Assembly (NCBI GenBank): GCA_965223705.1 | Contig: OZ245015.1 | Span: forward strand, 3,008,001 to 3,072,000 | Source: Myxococcota bacterium | GTDB lineage: Bacteria; Myxococcota_A; UBA9160; UBA6930 | Direction: 5' to 3' | DNA: 64,000 bases | Shown here: piece after piece, positions 1 through 9,351 of the stretch | How positions within the stretch are numbered: the stretch's first letter is position 1 | How the letters are laid out: the number at the start of each line of letters is the position of its first letter | Notes under the pieces: model-generated | What the model was told of the DNA's origin: nothing | Seen by the model: the letters and a program-made list of their open reading frames with translations, nothing else | The model's database searches: none | Position numbers and translations under genes: made by a program

Positions 1-385
1 AGACCGAGTGGTCCCCGGAGCGGAGTTCGAGCGGGGGCCCCCCATCGAGCGGACGACCCAACGCATCGATTACGCGTCCCATCGCAGCAGCGGCTTTCGG
101 CCGGGTCGCGATCGCGCGGAGCGGCCGGATGCGCGCGCCGGGACCGACTCCGTTCAAGGCCCCGAGAGGCGCCAGCAAGCGGTCCGCATTCTCGAAGGCC
201 ACGAGTTCCGCGGCGACGTGCGCACCGTCGGATTCGACTTCATAGAGGTCACCGATGCGCCCGCGGATACCTCGTACCACGAGCAAGGTTCCCCGCAAAG
301 CGACGAGACGACCCTCTCGGGACACCAACGGCACCCGTCTCGCGTGATCAAAGCACTCGCGATAGAAGCCACGATCCAGGTTCAC
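1..385 (-). CDS. fliI: Flagellar export ATPase FliI, N-terminal part (truncated by window edge)
   Basis: Not in the ORF track. GTG at 385 overlaps the fliH stop (GTGA). My translation reads MNLDRGFY...GRIGDLYEV...AELVAF...MGRVIDALGRPLDGGPP, typical of the FliI N-terminus; follows fliH. Confidence 0.88.
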   Translation of the reverse strand, partial: MNLDRGFYRECFDHARRVPLVSREGRLVALRGTLLVVRGIRGRIGDLYEVESDGAHVAAELVAFENADRLLAPLGALNGVGPGARIRPLRAIATRPKAAAAMGRVIDALGRPLDGGPPLELRSGDHSV

Positions 386-1050
386 CAGGATTCTCCCTCG
401 TCGCTGCCGTCGGGGTCTTCCGCGTGTTGGAGGAGCGGCAGCAGCTCGTCTCGGAGCCGCGCGCCGAACTCGTAGGGGTCGATGCGAGCGACTTCCGCAC
501 CGTCGCGAAGCTCCGCGCATCCCCGCTCGAGTGAGGGATCGGCCATGATCGGAAGGGCTGGCGGGAGCTCGCTCGTGCGGGCCGACGTATCGCGGAGTCG
601 TGAGAACGCCGCGTGATCTTCGGGGGACAACGCCAGTTCGAATGACGCTTCCGGATTCTCAAACGAGGCGAGCGCCTCCGCGACCACCCTTTCAAGCGTG
701 GACGGATCGTCGCGGAACTCTCGGCGCAGCAAGCCCTCCACCAACGAAACGGCCAACTCGATGGCGAAGCGCCGGCCCGCTTCGAGCTGTTCGCGCCGCA
801 CGGCCGCGAGGCCTTCGAGCACGTTCCCGAGTTCGCCGACGAGCCTCGTCACGTGGTCGATTTCGGCCCAGGGCGCACTTTCCCGACCGGCGGTCACGCC
901 CTCTTCGTACGCGGCCTCTTCCGAAGGAGTCCTTCCCGCTTCCGGCTCCGGCGTCGCGAAGGTTCCATCGACTCGATCCGCAAAACCGGTATCGGGACGG
1001 AACACGTGGTCGTTTTCGAGGAGTGGCCGCGGCTCAAACCATGAGGTCAT
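382..1050 (-). CDS. fliH: Flagellar assembly protein FliH
   Basis: AYEEGVTAG (AxxxG-like) helix and C-terminal DPSLERGC; lies between fliG and fliI; ATG at 1050 with GGAGG RBS. Confidence 0.8.
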   Translation of the reverse strand: MTSWFEPRPLLENDHVFRPDTGFADRVDGTFATPEPEAGRTPSEEAAYEEGVTAGRESAPWAEIDHVTRLVGELGNVLEGLAAVRREQLEAGRRFAIELAVSLVEGLLRREFRDDPSTLERVVAEALASFENPEASFELALSPEDHAAFSRLRDTSARTSELPPALPIMADPSLERGCAELRDGAEVARIDPYEFGARLRDELLPLLQHAEDPDGSDEGESW

Positions 1051-2035
1051 CGCCACCTCCGAGGTCGATCGTGAGTCGTCCCTCCGCTTCGAGAGCTCGT
1101 GCGACTTCCACGATCTGCTCCTGGATTTGCTCGACATCGGAGAGCTTCATCGGACCGAGAAGGTCCATCTCCTCCTTGATCTGATCGACCGCCCGCGAGG
1201 ACAAGTTCTCGAAGACCTTGTCGCGCATCTCGTCCGACGCGGTTTTCAGTGCAACCGCGAGATCTTCGCTCGACACCTCGCGCAGCAAGACCTGAAGCCC
1301 GCGGCGGTCGATGTTGACGAGGTCGTCGAACTTGACGAGGCGTTTGCGGATCTCGCCTGCCGATTCCGAATCGCGCTCGTCGACACCCTCGAGAATCGAT
1401 GCGGAATCATCCTTGGCCACGCGCTTCAAGACGTCGGCTGCGACGTTGGCGCCGCCCACCCGGGTCGAATTCACGGGAAGCCGCGTAAAGAGCTCCGCGA
1501 CGCCGAGTTCGAGATCTCCGAGGATCTCGGTCGTCACGGAATCGAGGTTCGCGAGACGAAACACGACCTCCGCACGCACCTCTTCGGTCAAGTCGCTGAC
1601 GATGCTGGCGGCGCGTTCCGACGGGAGCTGCGACAACAGCAACGCCACGGATTGGGGATGCTCGTTCTCGAGCGCTTCGGCGATGAACGACGGCTGAAAC
1701 GCTCGCAGGGTCCAATCGATGCGCTTCTGGTCTCGCCCCAGGCCTTCGAGAATTCGCTCCGCGCGTCCCTCGTCGACGGACTCGGAGAGGAGGGCCATCG
1801 CGCGCTCGCGCCCGCCGGATACGCTCTCTTCTTTCTTGCCGAGCGCGTCTCGGAACTCGAGCAAGACGCGTTCCTGCAGGCGCGGCGGGATCTCGTCAAT
1901 CCGTGCGACGGCCGCGAGCGCCTTCTCGACTTCGCGGTCGTCGAGCTGGTTCAAAAAATCCTGAGCGATGTTCGACGGCATCGACAGGATCACGATCGCG
2001 GCCTTGTCGGCGCCTGTGAGCGATTCGTATTCCAT
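1034..2035 (-). CDS. fliG: Flagellar motor switch protein FliG
   Basis: LTGADKAAI N-terminus, EHPQ motif, EEMDLLGP..LSDVE torque helix. Confidence 0.95.
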   Translation of the reverse strand: MEYESLTGADKAAIVILSMPSNIAQDFLNQLDDREVEKALAAVARIDEIPPRLQERVLLEFRDALGKKEESVSGGRERAMALLSESVDEGRAERILEGLGRDQKRIDWTLRAFQPSFIAEALENEHPQSVALLLSQLPSERAASIVSDLTEEVRAEVVFRLANLDSVTTEILGDLELGVAELFTRLPVNSTRVGGANVAADVLKRVAKDDSASILEGVDERDSESAGEIRKRLVKFDDLVNIDRRGLQVLLREVSSEDLAVALKTASDEMRDKVFENLSSRAVDQIKEEMDLLGPMKLSDVEQIQEQIVEVARALEAEGRLTIDLGGGDDLMV

Positions 2036-3625
2036 CTATTCCTGACTCAACCAGTTGCGGATCGTGTTTACGCCGGTCCCGGGACCCGCCGCCGCGACGT
2101 GTCCGATTTCTTCGGAAAGCGTCAGGGGCTCGGGCGGTGCCCCCTCCCCGCCTTCGCCGACTGCGACATCGACGCCCGAGACCTGGGTTTGATTCGCCAA
2201 CCTCGCTTCGAGGTCGGCGACCCGTGCGATCGCGGCGCCGTCGGAACCTAGACTGCCTGCAATCGGAGCGACCACGAACTTGCCGAAGGCAAAGACGCCG
2301 ATCAGCACGGCCAGCACGCGCACGGCGTCGGAGATCAAGACCAGGGTTTGCGGTGTGAGGAGTCCGTCCTCCTCTTCCACGAATTCGGGCTTTTGAAATG
2401 GCGCGCTCGTCACGGTGATTTGATCGCCCCGCTCCTCCGAAAACCCGACGACCTGCTTCGCCAGTTGTTCGAAGCGCTCGAGCTCTTCCGCGGGCCACGG
2501 AACGGGCGCCGCGTCGGGTGCTTCGGCGGGCCGGTCGCCGACCAGCACGGCGACGGCGAGCTTCTTGATCTGCCCCATAGGCGTGACGCTTCGACTGATC
2601 GTCTTGCTGATCTCGAAGTTGATCGTCTCGGAGGTTCGACGGCTGTTCGGGACCGGCGGACCTCCGCCAGCGGCGCCACCCGGGATGTTCGCGACGACTC
2701 CGGCCGGTCCGCCCTCGGCGGCCGCCCCGTCGCTCTCCTCTTCGCTCGACCGCTGTTCACTTCGCGCGACTTGCGAGTCCGGGTCGTAGGCCTCTTCCGT
2801 CGTCTCGCTCTCGGTCCAGTCCATTTCAGCACGCACGTGGGCCACGACCTGGCCGAGCCCCACCGTTTTTGCGAGCAGCGCTTCGATACGCCCAGCGAGC
2901 TCTTCCTCGACGCGCTCTTGGTATTCCGGAGCGCCACCTGCGGCGAGCTGCCCGGTCGGATTGTCTCCCAGAGGCGCCAGCAACCGCCCTGTCGCATCGA
3001 CCACGGTGATGTGCTCGGTCTTGAGCGACTCGATCGTCGAGGCGACGAGAAACACGACGGCGCGAACCTGATCGCGCTCGAGCTCGCTACCGGGTCGCAA
3101 CTTGACGACGACAGACGCTCGCGGATCCCGATCGCTATCGGCTACGAGATTGCGTCGTTTTGGGATGACGACCTGAACGCGCGCCTTGTCCACGGGGTCG
3201 AGTTGTTCGATGGTGCGCGACAACTCGCCTTGGACGGCGCGTGCGTAGTTCACTTGGTGGACGAATTCCGTGACACCGAAAGCCGGTTTGTCAAAAATTT
3301 CGAAACCGGTGCTGCCGCCGTTGGGCAATCCCTGACCGGCCATGCGCATTCTGGCCTCGTAGATCATCGGAGCGGGAACCTGGATTGTGGTCCCGCCGTC
3401 GGCCAGCTCGTAGGGAATCCCTTCGCGCGCCAGGCCGTCCGCGACCCGCGCGATCTCTCGATCTTCGAGGCCCCGGTACAGAGCGCGATAGTCCGGCTTG
3501 TTGGCGCCCGAGATGATCCAGCTGAAGAAGGCGACAGACCCGACGGCACTCGCCGCCAGTAGCAACTGTCTGCCACGGGACATTGCGCCAATCTGCTCTG
3601 TGATGTTCTCGATGAAGCCCGCCAC
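2036..3625 (-). CDS. fliF: Flagellar MS-ring protein FliF
   Basis: GFEIFD..FGVTEF, RAVQGELSRTI and ASVVVKL motifs; two TM segments. Confidence 0.96.
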   Translation of the reverse strand: MAGFIENITEQIGAMSRGRQLLLAASAVGSVAFFSWIISGANKPDYRALYRGLEDREIARVADGLAREGIPYELADGGTTIQVPAPMIYEARMRMAGQGLPNGGSTGFEIFDKPAFGVTEFVHQVNYARAVQGELSRTIEQLDPVDKARVQVVIPKRRNLVADSDRDPRASVVVKLRPGSELERDQVRAVVFLVASTIESLKTEHITVVDATGRLLAPLGDNPTGQLAAGGAPEYQERVEEELAGRIEALLAKTVGLGQVVAHVRAEMDWTESETTEEAYDPDSQVARSEQRSSEEESDGAAAEGGPAGVVANIPGGAAGGGPPVPNSRRTSETINFEISKTISRSVTPMGQIKKLAVAVLVGDRPAEAPDAAPVPWPAEELERFEQLAKQVVGFSEERGDQITVTSAPFQKPEFVEEEDGLLTPQTLVLISDAVRVLAVLIGVFAFGKFVVAPIAGSLGSDGAAIARVADLEARLANQTQVSGVDVAVGEGGEGAPPEPLTLSEEIGHVAAAGPGTGVNTIRNWLSQE

Positions 3626-3638
3626 CGTTCACCTCTTC

Positions 3639-3932
3639 CTAGAGCTGCAGGCTCATGATCTCTCGATAGGCCTCGAGAAATCGGTTCCGAAAAGCCACCA
3701 CCTCGTTGAGCGACAATTCCGCGCGACTGATCGCGAGCATCGTCTCCACGATGTCGCTTTCGCCAGCCGCGAGGTCCGTCGCGGCGCGCTCCGCCGCGCG
3801 CACGTCTGAATCTGCGGCCAGAACCGTGTCGCGGACCCGGTCGCCGAAGGGCTTTCCCGAAACGACCGGGGCCGCCTCCTTGGCGGACGTACTCGGAGAC
3901 AGAAGCGATGAGATTCGATCGATCGGATCCAT
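3639..3932 (-). CDS. fliE: Hook-basal body protein FliE
   Basis: C-terminal AELSL...RNRFLEAYREIMSLQL. Confidence 0.93.
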   Translation of the reverse strand: MDPIDRISSLLSPSTSAKEAAPVVSGKPFGDRVRDTVLAADSDVRAAERAATDLAAGESDIVETMLAISRAELSLNEVVAFRNRFLEAYREIMSLQL

Positions 3933-3934
3933 CG

Positions 3935-4360
3935 CTAGCGGCCGATCTCTACCGCGGCGCGGGCCATGTCACGGACCTTGCGCATGATGAGCAAGTTGGC
4001 TTCGTACGATCGCCCGGCCGACATCATGTTCGCGATCTCCTCGACCAGGTTGACGCGCGGAAAGTCGACGAACCCTTGGTCGTTGGCGTCGGGATGTCCC
4101 GGTGCGAAACGCGCTACGGGCGGCCGCGGATCGACCTGCACCCGCGTGATGTCGACTTGTCGCAGGGCGCGCTCGAGGCGCGTCGAAAACGGTTTCGCCG
4201 CGGACCGCGTGGCAAAGACGGGATCGCGCCGCTGATAAGGCCCGCCATCTGCCGTGCGCGTTGTCTCGGCGTTGGCGACGTTCGATGCGACGAGCGCCAT
4301 CCGCGTGCGTTGCGCAACGAGGCCTGAGACGGCGATATCCGTGATGTCACCCAGTTTCAT
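3935..4360 (-). CDS. flgC: Basal-body rod protein FlgC
   Basis: SNVANAETT..GGPYQRR, PGHPDA, RSYEAN. Confidence 0.96.
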   Translation of the reverse strand: MKLGDITDIAVSGLVAQRTRMALVASNVANAETTRTADGGPYQRRDPVFATRSAAKPFSTRLERALRQVDITRVQVDPRPPVARFAPGHPDANDQGFVDFPRVNLVEEIANMMSAGRSYEANLLIMRKVRDMARAAVEIGR

Positions 4361-4381
4361 CGCTTGCTACCCCATCGCTTT

Positions 4382-4765
4382 CTAACGCGGCTGACCCGCG
4401 ATCGCGGTACGCCGCAGTGAGATCAGGCGGCGAATCACCTGGGCTTGGTCCGTGAAGGCGCTGGAATTGCGGCTGAGTTCGACGAGTTCGCGCCCGAGGT
4501 CGACGCCGTTGCGATCAGGGCGGTCCCCGACCGGGCCGCGTTCAATTCGCGCGCGCAGTGTCTTTGCGGTCGAGAGTGTCGAGCCTTCGGGCTTCGACAT
4601 CTCGAGGAAGGCCTGCCCCAGCCGGTCTGCGAACTGAAGCTCGCGCCGCCGATACCCCGGTGTGTCGGAATTCGCGACGTTCGAGGACAGCACGCCCTGG
4701 CGAGCGACCCGAAATTTCATCGCTTGCTCAAGCGCGACCAGCGAGTTTCCCCAGAGCGCTTCCAT
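4382..4765 (-). CDS. flgB: Basal-body rod protein FlgB
   Basis: RQGVLSSNVANSDTPGY and DRNGVDL; ATG at 4765 lies downstream of the sigma54 promoter. Confidence 0.93.
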   Translation of the reverse strand: MEALWGNSLVALEQAMKFRVARQGVLSSNVANSDTPGYRRRELQFADRLGQAFLEMSKPEGSTLSTAKTLRARIERGPVGDRPDRNGVDLGRELVELSRNSSAFTDQAQVIRRLISLRRTAIAGQPR

Positions 4766-4807
4766 CGATTCCCCCCAAGCGCGGCGTTTCGCCTCGGGAG
4801 GAACAAC

Positions 4808-4823
4808 TGCAAGCACCGTGCCG
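4808..4823 (-). promoter_or_regulatory. Sigma54 (-24/-12) promoter for the flgB operon
   Basis: Minus strand CGGCACGGTGCTTGCA matches TGGCACG-N4-TTGCW with exact spacing. Confidence 0.85.
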
Positions 4824-4864
4824 CGGATTGACGGCTCGAGCGCGCGTCCTATGGCTTGTATTCG

Positions 4865-4898
4865 TTCAGTCCGAAAGCTCGTCTGATTTCACGTCGCA
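4865..4898. promoter_or_regulatory. Candidate enhancer (UAS) box pair
   Basis: TTCAGTCCGAA (4865-4875) and a weaker TTCACGTCGCA (4888-4898), centred about -73 and -96 from the inferred +1. Confidence 0.5.
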
Positions 4899-4934
4899 AA
4901 TTGCACGCTGGGCCGGGAGATTTTTTCCGGGTGG

Positions 4935-6107
4935 TCAGGCCAGACCGTACAGGCGGATCTTGTTGCGGAGGGTGCGGACACTGATTCCCAGCTGGCGTGC
5001 GCTCTGGGTGCGATTCCCGTCGTGTGCCGCGAGACTTCGCTCGATCGCGATCCGCTCGAGTTCGCGAAGGGACTTGGGCTCCTCGCTCGGCATCGGAGGC
5101 CGCGACACCGTCGCGGTCCGTTCGTGTGTCACGCCTGACGCGTACCGGACGATCCACGCCGTGAGCTCGTGCAAGTTTCCCCGCCACAGCCGATCGGGAA
5201 GTTCGCCCGGGGCGGGTGGCGTCACGCCGAGGCGCGCCGCGATACGCTCGACGAGTCTTGGGAGATCCACCAGGCGATCGCGCAGAGGCGGGAGGAGGAT
5301 TTCTCGCGTTCCCAGTCGGTACGCGAGGTCGCGCCGCAGCTGGCCCCGGCGCACGAGCGCTTCGAGTCCACGATCCGCCGTGGCAATGAGCCGACTGTCG
5401 AATTCGTGAGAAGCCAGACAATCCGCGATTCGCGTCTGGCTGCGGTCGGATAGCTCTTGAAGGTTCTCGATGACCAGCGTGCCATTCCCGGCGCGATGGA
5501 AAGCGCCGCCGGGCCCGAACACTTCGGGTCGTTCCATATCTCCCGGAAAGATGCTGACGAGGGGTCCTCGACGGCGGCGGCTGCTGTGGTGGAGGCACGC
5601 CGCCAAGGTGCTCTTACCGGTCCCGGTTTCACCGCAGATCGCGATGGCTGCGTCCGCCGAAGCCAGGCGATCGAGTTCTTGGAGGTCTCGCCGGAGGCCT
5701 TGTTCGTCGCTCGTAAAGCTCTCGACGAGGCGCGTGCCCATCCGGTTGTCCGATGCCGCGCGGATACTGCGTGCGAGCTGCTCCGCTCCGAACGGATGAG
5801 GCACGACGCTGTCGACTCCGCGACGAAGCAGATCGACCAGGGTCGCCGAATCGCGATGGATCGTGATCGCCACCATGCCCAGATCCGGACGATCTCGACG
5901 CAGGGTCGACATCTGCTCTCGTTGGCAGGCGTCATCACATACCGCGACGACGACATGGACCTCACGCGGTTCCGGCCACTCGCTACCCGCCGTCATACCG
6001 CTCCGTTCGCCGAAGCTGCGAACGAGTTGAACGTCTCCCCGTGAAAGAGCGCGCCGAAGCGTTCGTTCGACGCCGGGCGCCAACCCGTAGCACGCGACGC
6101 GGATCAC
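4935..6107 (-). CDS. Degenerate sigma54-activator-like regulator (pseudo-receiver, AAA+ lacking GAFTGA, intact Fis-type HTH)
   Basis: Walker A GETGTGKS, RRDLAYRL, WRGNLHEL and HTH GNRTQSARQLGISVRTLRNKI present; GAFTGA loop deleted; Walker B reads LVIENL. GTG at 6107 is coupled to the upstream stop. Confidence 0.85.
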   Translation of the reverse strand: MIRVACYGLAPGVERTLRRALSRGDVQLVRSFGERSGMTAGSEWPEPREVHVVVAVCDDACQREQMSTLRRDRPDLGMVAITIHRDSATLVDLLRRGVDSVVPHPFGAEQLARSIRAASDNRMGTRLVESFTSDEQGLRRDLQELDRLASADAAIAICGETGTGKSTLAACLHHSSRRRRGPLVSIFPGDMERPEVFGPGGAFHRAGNGTLVIENLQELSDRSQTRIADCLASHEFDSRLIATADRGLEALVRRGQLRRDLAYRLGTREILLPPLRDRLVDLPRLVERIAARLGVTPPAPGELPDRLWRGNLHELTAWIVRYASGVTHERTATVSRPPMPSEEPKSLRELERIAIERSLAAHDGNRTQSARQLGISVRTLRNKIRLYGLA

Positions 6108-6646
6108 GGGGCGCCGCCCGACACGTGCCGCGCGGATACGCCCGGAACCGAGCGGAGTGCCGTCCGCAACTCGCGCCAGCGCGCGTCGTCTCCTCGAAGA
6201 TCGATCCCGAGCTCGGCGCCGAGCTGGCCCGGCGAAACGGACAGTTCGACCGCTGAGCCAGGGGGAGCCCACTCGAGAATCGCATGGAAAGCGTCGAGAC
6301 AACGGCCGCGCCATGCGACCGGATCCACCCATAGCTGGCGATGCGGTTCCCCACGGGCGCTTGCCGTGACACAAGCCGCGGCGAGTGCGGGACGGAGATC
6401 CCGCAAAACCTCTTCCAAAAGTGCGCCGGCATGCGCCGCAGGGCGCGAATCGATCGCGCCTTGATCGCGCTCGACCAACGCCTCGATCTCCCGGTCGATT
6501 TCGGCGACAGCGCGAGCGATGTCTCCCACCGCATGATCGAGAGGCGCCGCGCTACAAGCGATTTCGTCGAGCGCGATCTTGATGCACGAGAGAGGCTCGC
6601 GCAGCTTGAGGATCCGTTTGTCGTGGGCTTCGGGGTCAGCGGTCAT
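6104..6646 (-). CDS. Degenerate histidine-kinase-like protein (HisKA/HATPase remnant)
   Basis: LKLREPLSCIKIALDEI resembles the H-box helix without His; WVDPVAWRGRCLDAFHAILEWAPPGSAVELSV resembles the N-box region without Asn; no G boxes. Confidence 0.55.
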   Translation of the reverse strand: MTADPEAHDKRILKLREPLSCIKIALDEIACSAAPLDHAVGDIARAVAEIDREIEALVERDQGAIDSRPAAHAGALLEEVLRDLRPALAAACVTASARGEPHRQLWVDPVAWRGRCLDAFHAILEWAPPGSAVELSVSPGQLGAELGIDLRGDDARWRELRTALRSVPGVSARHVSGGAP

Positions 6647-8659
6647 TCAACGGACCTCCGCGGTACCGACAGCCGAACGCAGGAACTCGACTTCGCGCTC
6701 GGCTGCGAGAATTTCGGCCCAGGGATCCCGTTGCGAGTCTTCGGGGGCTACGGCTCCGCCGACGCCATCCGCTTCTCCAGCGAGCTCAGCGACCCAGTAG
6801 GCCGCGCGATTCTTGAGAGGACCGTCGGGTAGATGGGCCAGTGCGTCTCGGTAGTGCACGCGCGCGAGCGCGTCGTCACCCCCCACTCGTCGAAGGCGCG
6901 CGGCGACGAGGGAAGCTTCGCCGAAGGTCGACGCGGCGCGCGCTTCCGGTCGGGCGAGCGCGAGAAACAACGCCCTGCGAAGAGCGCCTCGTGGCGCACG
7001 ACTCGTCGCCCGAGTAAGTGCGGTGAGGTAGCGCGGAAAGCGCGTTCCGCGAACCTCCTGAAGACGGATCTCGGCCAGCTCATCCGCAGCGGCGGCGTAG
7101 CGTCCCTCGGCCAGCTCGATCTCCGCGAGGAGCAAGCGCCACGCGTCCCGTTGGGAATCGTCGCGCTCCGCCCCGGCGGTCGCCGCGGCACGCGCTGTCG
7201 CTCTTCCTCCAGATAGAAAATAAGCACGTGAAGCTTCCACCGCGTACGCTGCCGTCGCTTCGGGTCCAAAGCGACGGGTCATCGCGCGATACGTATCCAG
7301 GGCGGGCCCGTGCAAGCCGACTTCGGCGTAGCACCGTGCGAGCATCGCGTAAGGCTCGTGCTCGTCGATATGCCGCAACAGCGTGACACGGCGCGGACCG
7401 AGTCGGATCAAGAGTTCGCTGCAGGGGACGCCTCCCGTGCCGCTCGCCCCTATCAGCACATGGACCACGCGTCGCGTGTCGTCGAAGAATGTCGGTGTGA
7501 TCGCCCGATCGGGGGAGTCGAAACTCACTTTTACGAGGAGTGCGAGGGCTTCTTCGATCCGGTTCTGCGTCAAGAACACATGGGCCGCGACCGAGCGTGC
7601 GTTCCGAGACACCCACGGCGAGCTGCTGCGTTCGGCGCGCTCGAGCATCGCCTGTCCGACGGGATCGTCTAGGGAGACGAGCTCGTGCTCGATCAGTCGC
7701 ATCCCTGCGAGATCGGCGGCGGGGGTGCCCAACTCGCCCGTCGCGACTCCTTGGAGAATCTCCCCGGCTTCGGGGCGCCGACGCAGCGCGACGAGTACGT
7801 CGGCGCGCCGGATCGCGACGGCAGCTCGCTCTCGGTCGCGCAAGCGATCGATCTCGACTCGGTGTAGCCAACGTTCGGCGACATCCAACTCGCCGCTGCG
7901 GTACGCGAGTTCGGCGATTCGCACACCGCTTCCACCACCGCGCTCGCCGTGAACCTCCTGAATCGCCTTGCCAAACGCGCGGATCCTCACCGGTGACGGG
8001 TCGAGCACCGCCGCAAGCTCCGCACGTCTCAACCGGATGGCATCGCCGAACGCATCCGATCCGGCGTTGAGCCGTTCGAAAGACTGGCGCGCCGTATCCG
8101 CGTCTTCGGTTTGGTAAACGAGCTCTGCGCTGTAGTAGTCCGCTGCGCGTTCGAGATCGACAGGGTCGGGGGCGCTTGCGAACTCGCGACGCGCCGCTTC
8201 GAGGGCGACCCGCGCTTCGGGTGTTCGTCGCATCGCGAGCTCGAGTCGAGCCCGCTCGAGCCAACCACAGGCTCGCTCCTGCGCCCCCGGTGCGTCACGC
8301 GTCGAGAGTGCGAGGGCTTTTTCGACTTCGCGATCACCGCGATCGGGCGGGATTTTCGCCGCGCTCAAGATCGCCTGGGCGAGATCGAGCGCAGCTCGCA
8401 CCTCGGGATCGTTCGAATCGAGCTCCGAGACGGCTTCGAGGACGAGATCTGCATCCCGCGGTGCGACGACGCGAACGCCCAGAAGATCGGTCACGCGTTC
8501 GGGAAGGCAAAGCGGAAGGGAATCCGGTGGTCCACTCTCGGGCAATCGCGTCGCGAGCAAGACGAAAGGACTCGCTGGCAAGCACCACGCGGGCGCGCCG
8601 ATTCCGCATACGAAGAGAAAGAGGCACACCTTGAGCGCGTGACGCGTCCGCTCAATCAC
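6647..8659 (-). CDS. Exported TPR/helical-repeat protein
   Basis: Signal-peptide-like start (ALKVCLFLFVCGIGAPAWC); repeated TPR-like helices (LARCYAEVG, LLAEIELAEGRY). Start at GTG 8659 is approximate. Confidence 0.7.
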   Translation of the reverse strand: MIERTRHALKVCLFLFVCGIGAPAWCLPASPFVLLATRLPESGPPDSLPLCLPERVTDLLGVRVVAPRDADLVLEAVSELDSNDPEVRAALDLAQAILSAAKIPPDRGDREVEKALALSTRDAPGAQERACGWLERARLELAMRRTPEARVALEAARREFASAPDPVDLERAADYYSAELVYQTEDADTARQSFERLNAGSDAFGDAIRLRRAELAAVLDPSPVRIRAFGKAIQEVHGERGGGSGVRIAELAYRSGELDVAERWLHRVEIDRLRDRERAAVAIRRADVLVALRRRPEAGEILQGVATGELGTPAADLAGMRLIEHELVSLDDPVGQAMLERAERSSSPWVSRNARSVAAHVFLTQNRIEEALALLVKVSFDSPDRAITPTFFDDTRRVVHVLIGASGTGGVPCSELLIRLGPRRVTLLRHIDEHEPYAMLARCYAEVGLHGPALDTYRAMTRRFGPEATAAYAVEASRAYFLSGGRATARAAATAGAERDDSQRDAWRLLLAEIELAEGRYAAAADELAEIRLQEVRGTRFPRYLTALTRATSRAPRGALRRALFLALARPEARAASTFGEASLVAARLRRVGGDDALARVHYRDALAHLPDGPLKNRAAYWVAELAGEADGVGGAVAPEDSQRDPWAEILAAEREVEFLRSAVGTAEVR

Positions 8660-9221
8660 GCGACGATTTTCGCCTCCGCCGCAGTTCTGCCCGCTGAACG
8701 TCGAGCGTGTGCTGAACGATTGCGTCCCGGTCGGTCTCCCGAATCGATTCAAATTGAATCGCGATGCTGCTCTCACCGAGGTCCGATTCATCGTCCAGGC
8801 GATCGCTGCTGAGGACCAGGCCGACGCAGCGCACGGTATGCGGTGGCGTGCCGGGCAATTCGAACTCGATCAACAAATATCCGGTGGTACCTTGTTCTTT
8901 CTCGACCGTGGCGAAACGCATCCCGGAGCCGGAGAGGACCGCGGGGCGCGGTCGGAACGGGGACAGCCCGTTGGCATCGGGTACCTCGAGAGCCGCGAGA
9001 ATCTGGTCGAGCTTGTTTTCCAAGCGAGTCAGCCATATCGCAAGACCCGCATCAATCGGTTCGATGCCTTCTTCTCCGCCTGCGGCAATCTCGGCGGATA
9101 CGTAATCGACTTCTTCTCGGCCCAGCTGCCGAAACCGCAGGGGGATGTGCGTGCGCACGCGGAAATACGCGCGTGCATCGCGGCCGTCGTCATCCTGTTG
9201 CCGGGTGCTTCGCTCGTTCAT
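8652..9221 (-). CDS. PilZ-domain protein
   Basis: RAYFR (RxxxR) and VLSGSG (variant D/NxSxxG); C-terminal IQFESIRETDRDAI. Start 9221 or 9230. Confidence 0.85.
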   Translation of the reverse strand: MNERSTRQQDDDGRDARAYFRVRTHIPLRFRQLGREEVDYVSAEIAAGGEEGIEPIDAGLAIWLTRLENKLDQILAALEVPDANGLSPFRPRPAVLSGSGMRFATVEKEQGTTGYLLIEFELPGTPPHTVRCVGLVLSSDRLDDESDLGESSIAIQFESIRETDRDAIVQHTLDVQRAELRRRRKSSRD

Positions 9222-9235
9222 GCGCTTCATCGGTA

Positions 9236-9251
9236 CGCAAGTGACGTGCCA
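9236..9251 (-). promoter_or_regulatory. Sigma54 promoter for the pilZ-TPR-pseudokinase-pseudoactivator operon
   Basis: Minus strand TGGCACGTCACTTGCG, near-perfect consensus. Confidence 0.88.
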
Positions 9252-9291
9252 CGGCTCGGGGCCCTTCGGGACCGGTTCGTCAGCGGGACGC

Positions 9292-9323
9292 TTCAGATCG
9301 AAAATTGCGGAGTTCGCTCTGAA
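9292..9323. promoter_or_regulatory. Candidate enhancer (UAS) box pair
   Basis: TTCAGATCGAA (9292-9302) and TTCGCTCTGAA (9313-9323), centred -72 and -93. Confidence 0.55.
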
Positions 9324-9351
9324 ACTCGTTCTGGGATAAGCGCTAGTGCAC

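Noticed and set aside
698..3562. Long plus-strand ORFs (517 and 404 aa) opposite fliG/fliF
   Set aside because: Antisense shadows of high-GC genes with no recognisable motifs. The same applies to most overlapping ORFs in the track.
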